The notes under the pieces were generated by a model. It made no database searches. It was not told where the DNA came from and was given only the letters and a program-made list of their open reading frames with translations. The translations under genes were made by a program, and so were the position numbers. DNA of 64,000 bases, taken from NCBI GenBank assembly GCA_964354285.1, contig CAYGYR010000004.1, positions 10,284 to 74,283 on the forward strand. The letters are read 5' to 3'. This document shows, in pieces, positions 63,479 to 64,000 of this stretch. Each line of letters starts with the position of its first letter. Within the stretch, counting starts at the first letter, position 1. Origin of the DNA: an uncultured Methanosarcinales archaeon. GTDB taxonomy: Archaea > Nanobdellota > Nanobdellia > Woesearchaeales > ARS49.

Positions 63479-63957
63479 TTGATTTGATCGGCGATCTTTA
63501 ATGAGGTATACCTGCCAAGAACAGCACCCGCTATGCTACTTGCCATCAATTTTAGGCCAAAATGAAGATTTGAAGTGGGGATTGAATAAAGTATTGTAGC
63601 ACAAATAGCTCCACTTATCCCAGCCAGTATTAATTCATATTTTTTCATAATCCGCCCATCAGGAAAACTTGCGCCAACTATAGAACCAAACACAGCTGCA
63701 CAGGTGTGGCCTGCAGCATAATACAAACTCAGCAAACCGACTGCCGAAACACCGGTAAGGCCTGCACCAATTAAAACCCCTTTGGCAATGCTCCATTTTG
63801 ATTGCTTTGTTGCTTCTAATTGAGATTTATACTCTTGTATTTTATAGTCAATCGCAAGCCCAAACTCAGCATCATCCTTAAAAAAGATAATATACTGCTC
63901 AAGATTTTTAAGCCCATTCTTAAGCTGACTCCTTGTTAAAGTCTCTGCGGCAGGCAA
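63475..63957 (-). CDS. Gly/Ala-zipper membrane protein (hypothetical)
   Basis: 160 aa, several GxxxG/A-rich TM helices; start near the window end is uncertain. Confidence 0.45.
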   Translation of the reverse strand: MPAAETLTRSQLKNGLKNLEQYIIFFKDDAEFGLAIDYKIQEYKSQLEATKQSKWSIAKGVLIGAGLTGVSAVGLLSLYYAAGHTCAAVFGSIVGASFPDGRIMKKYELILAGISGAICATILYSIPTSNLHFGLKLMASSIAGAVLGRYTSLKIADQIK

Positions 63958-64000
63958 ATTTGATATATGCTGTTGAACAAGCTGAGGATTATAATTTGAT

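Overview
AT-rich, gene-dense window (about 90 plausible CDS). I found no rRNA, tRNA, CRISPR array or transposase. It looks archaeal, probably from a small-genome DPANN-like lineage; that placement is inference. Supporting signs: palindromic TTTATAAA-type TATA boxes about 30 nt upstream of many first-gene ATGs (leaderless mRNAs), GGAGGT Shine-Dalgarno sites in front of internal operon genes, AbrB-PhoU regulators, Lrp/AsnC, an Lhr helicase, archaeal-type Ogg and desulfoferrodoxin. Recognisable content: dnaJ; an ArsR-controlled thiol/redox permease operon; a DEAD-box helicase; PAP2 and histidine phosphatases; an oxidative-damage and nucleotide-sanitation cluster (Ogg, SOR, ITPase, HAD nucleotidase, two NUDIX, DUF523); a CN-hydrolase; a RimK-like ATP-grasp; a cold-shock protein with an acidic repeat tail; MscL; a cupin; GNAT; an M50 protease; two RelE/AbrB-type TA-like pairs; an MBL hydrolase; a C39-like peptidase; and many lineage-specific hypothetical, secreted or Cys-rich proteins. 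The standout is a minus-strand operon at about 44.8-51.8 kb. It encodes a small protein with an internal C-terminal Gly-Gly plus a 5-residue tail (Ubl candidate), a 490-aa protein whose C-terminus carries an E2/UBC-like HPx...GxICLG motif, a 979-aa protein with a textbook N-terminal JAMM/MPN+ motif, a single-chain tandem-ThiF E1 (degenerate plus intact adenylation domains), and one more unknown gene. Their junctions indicate translational coupling. This appears to be a ubiquitin-like conjugation system with unusually large components. Other second-look items are two paralogous GC-rich intergenic elements (candidate sRNAs), a triplicated MCDGG mini-domain, a Cys-rich secreted peptide next to a membrane-anchored wHTH regulator, a duplicated promoter-leader module, and several exact repeats. 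All calls come from reading motifs by eye; no database search was possible.
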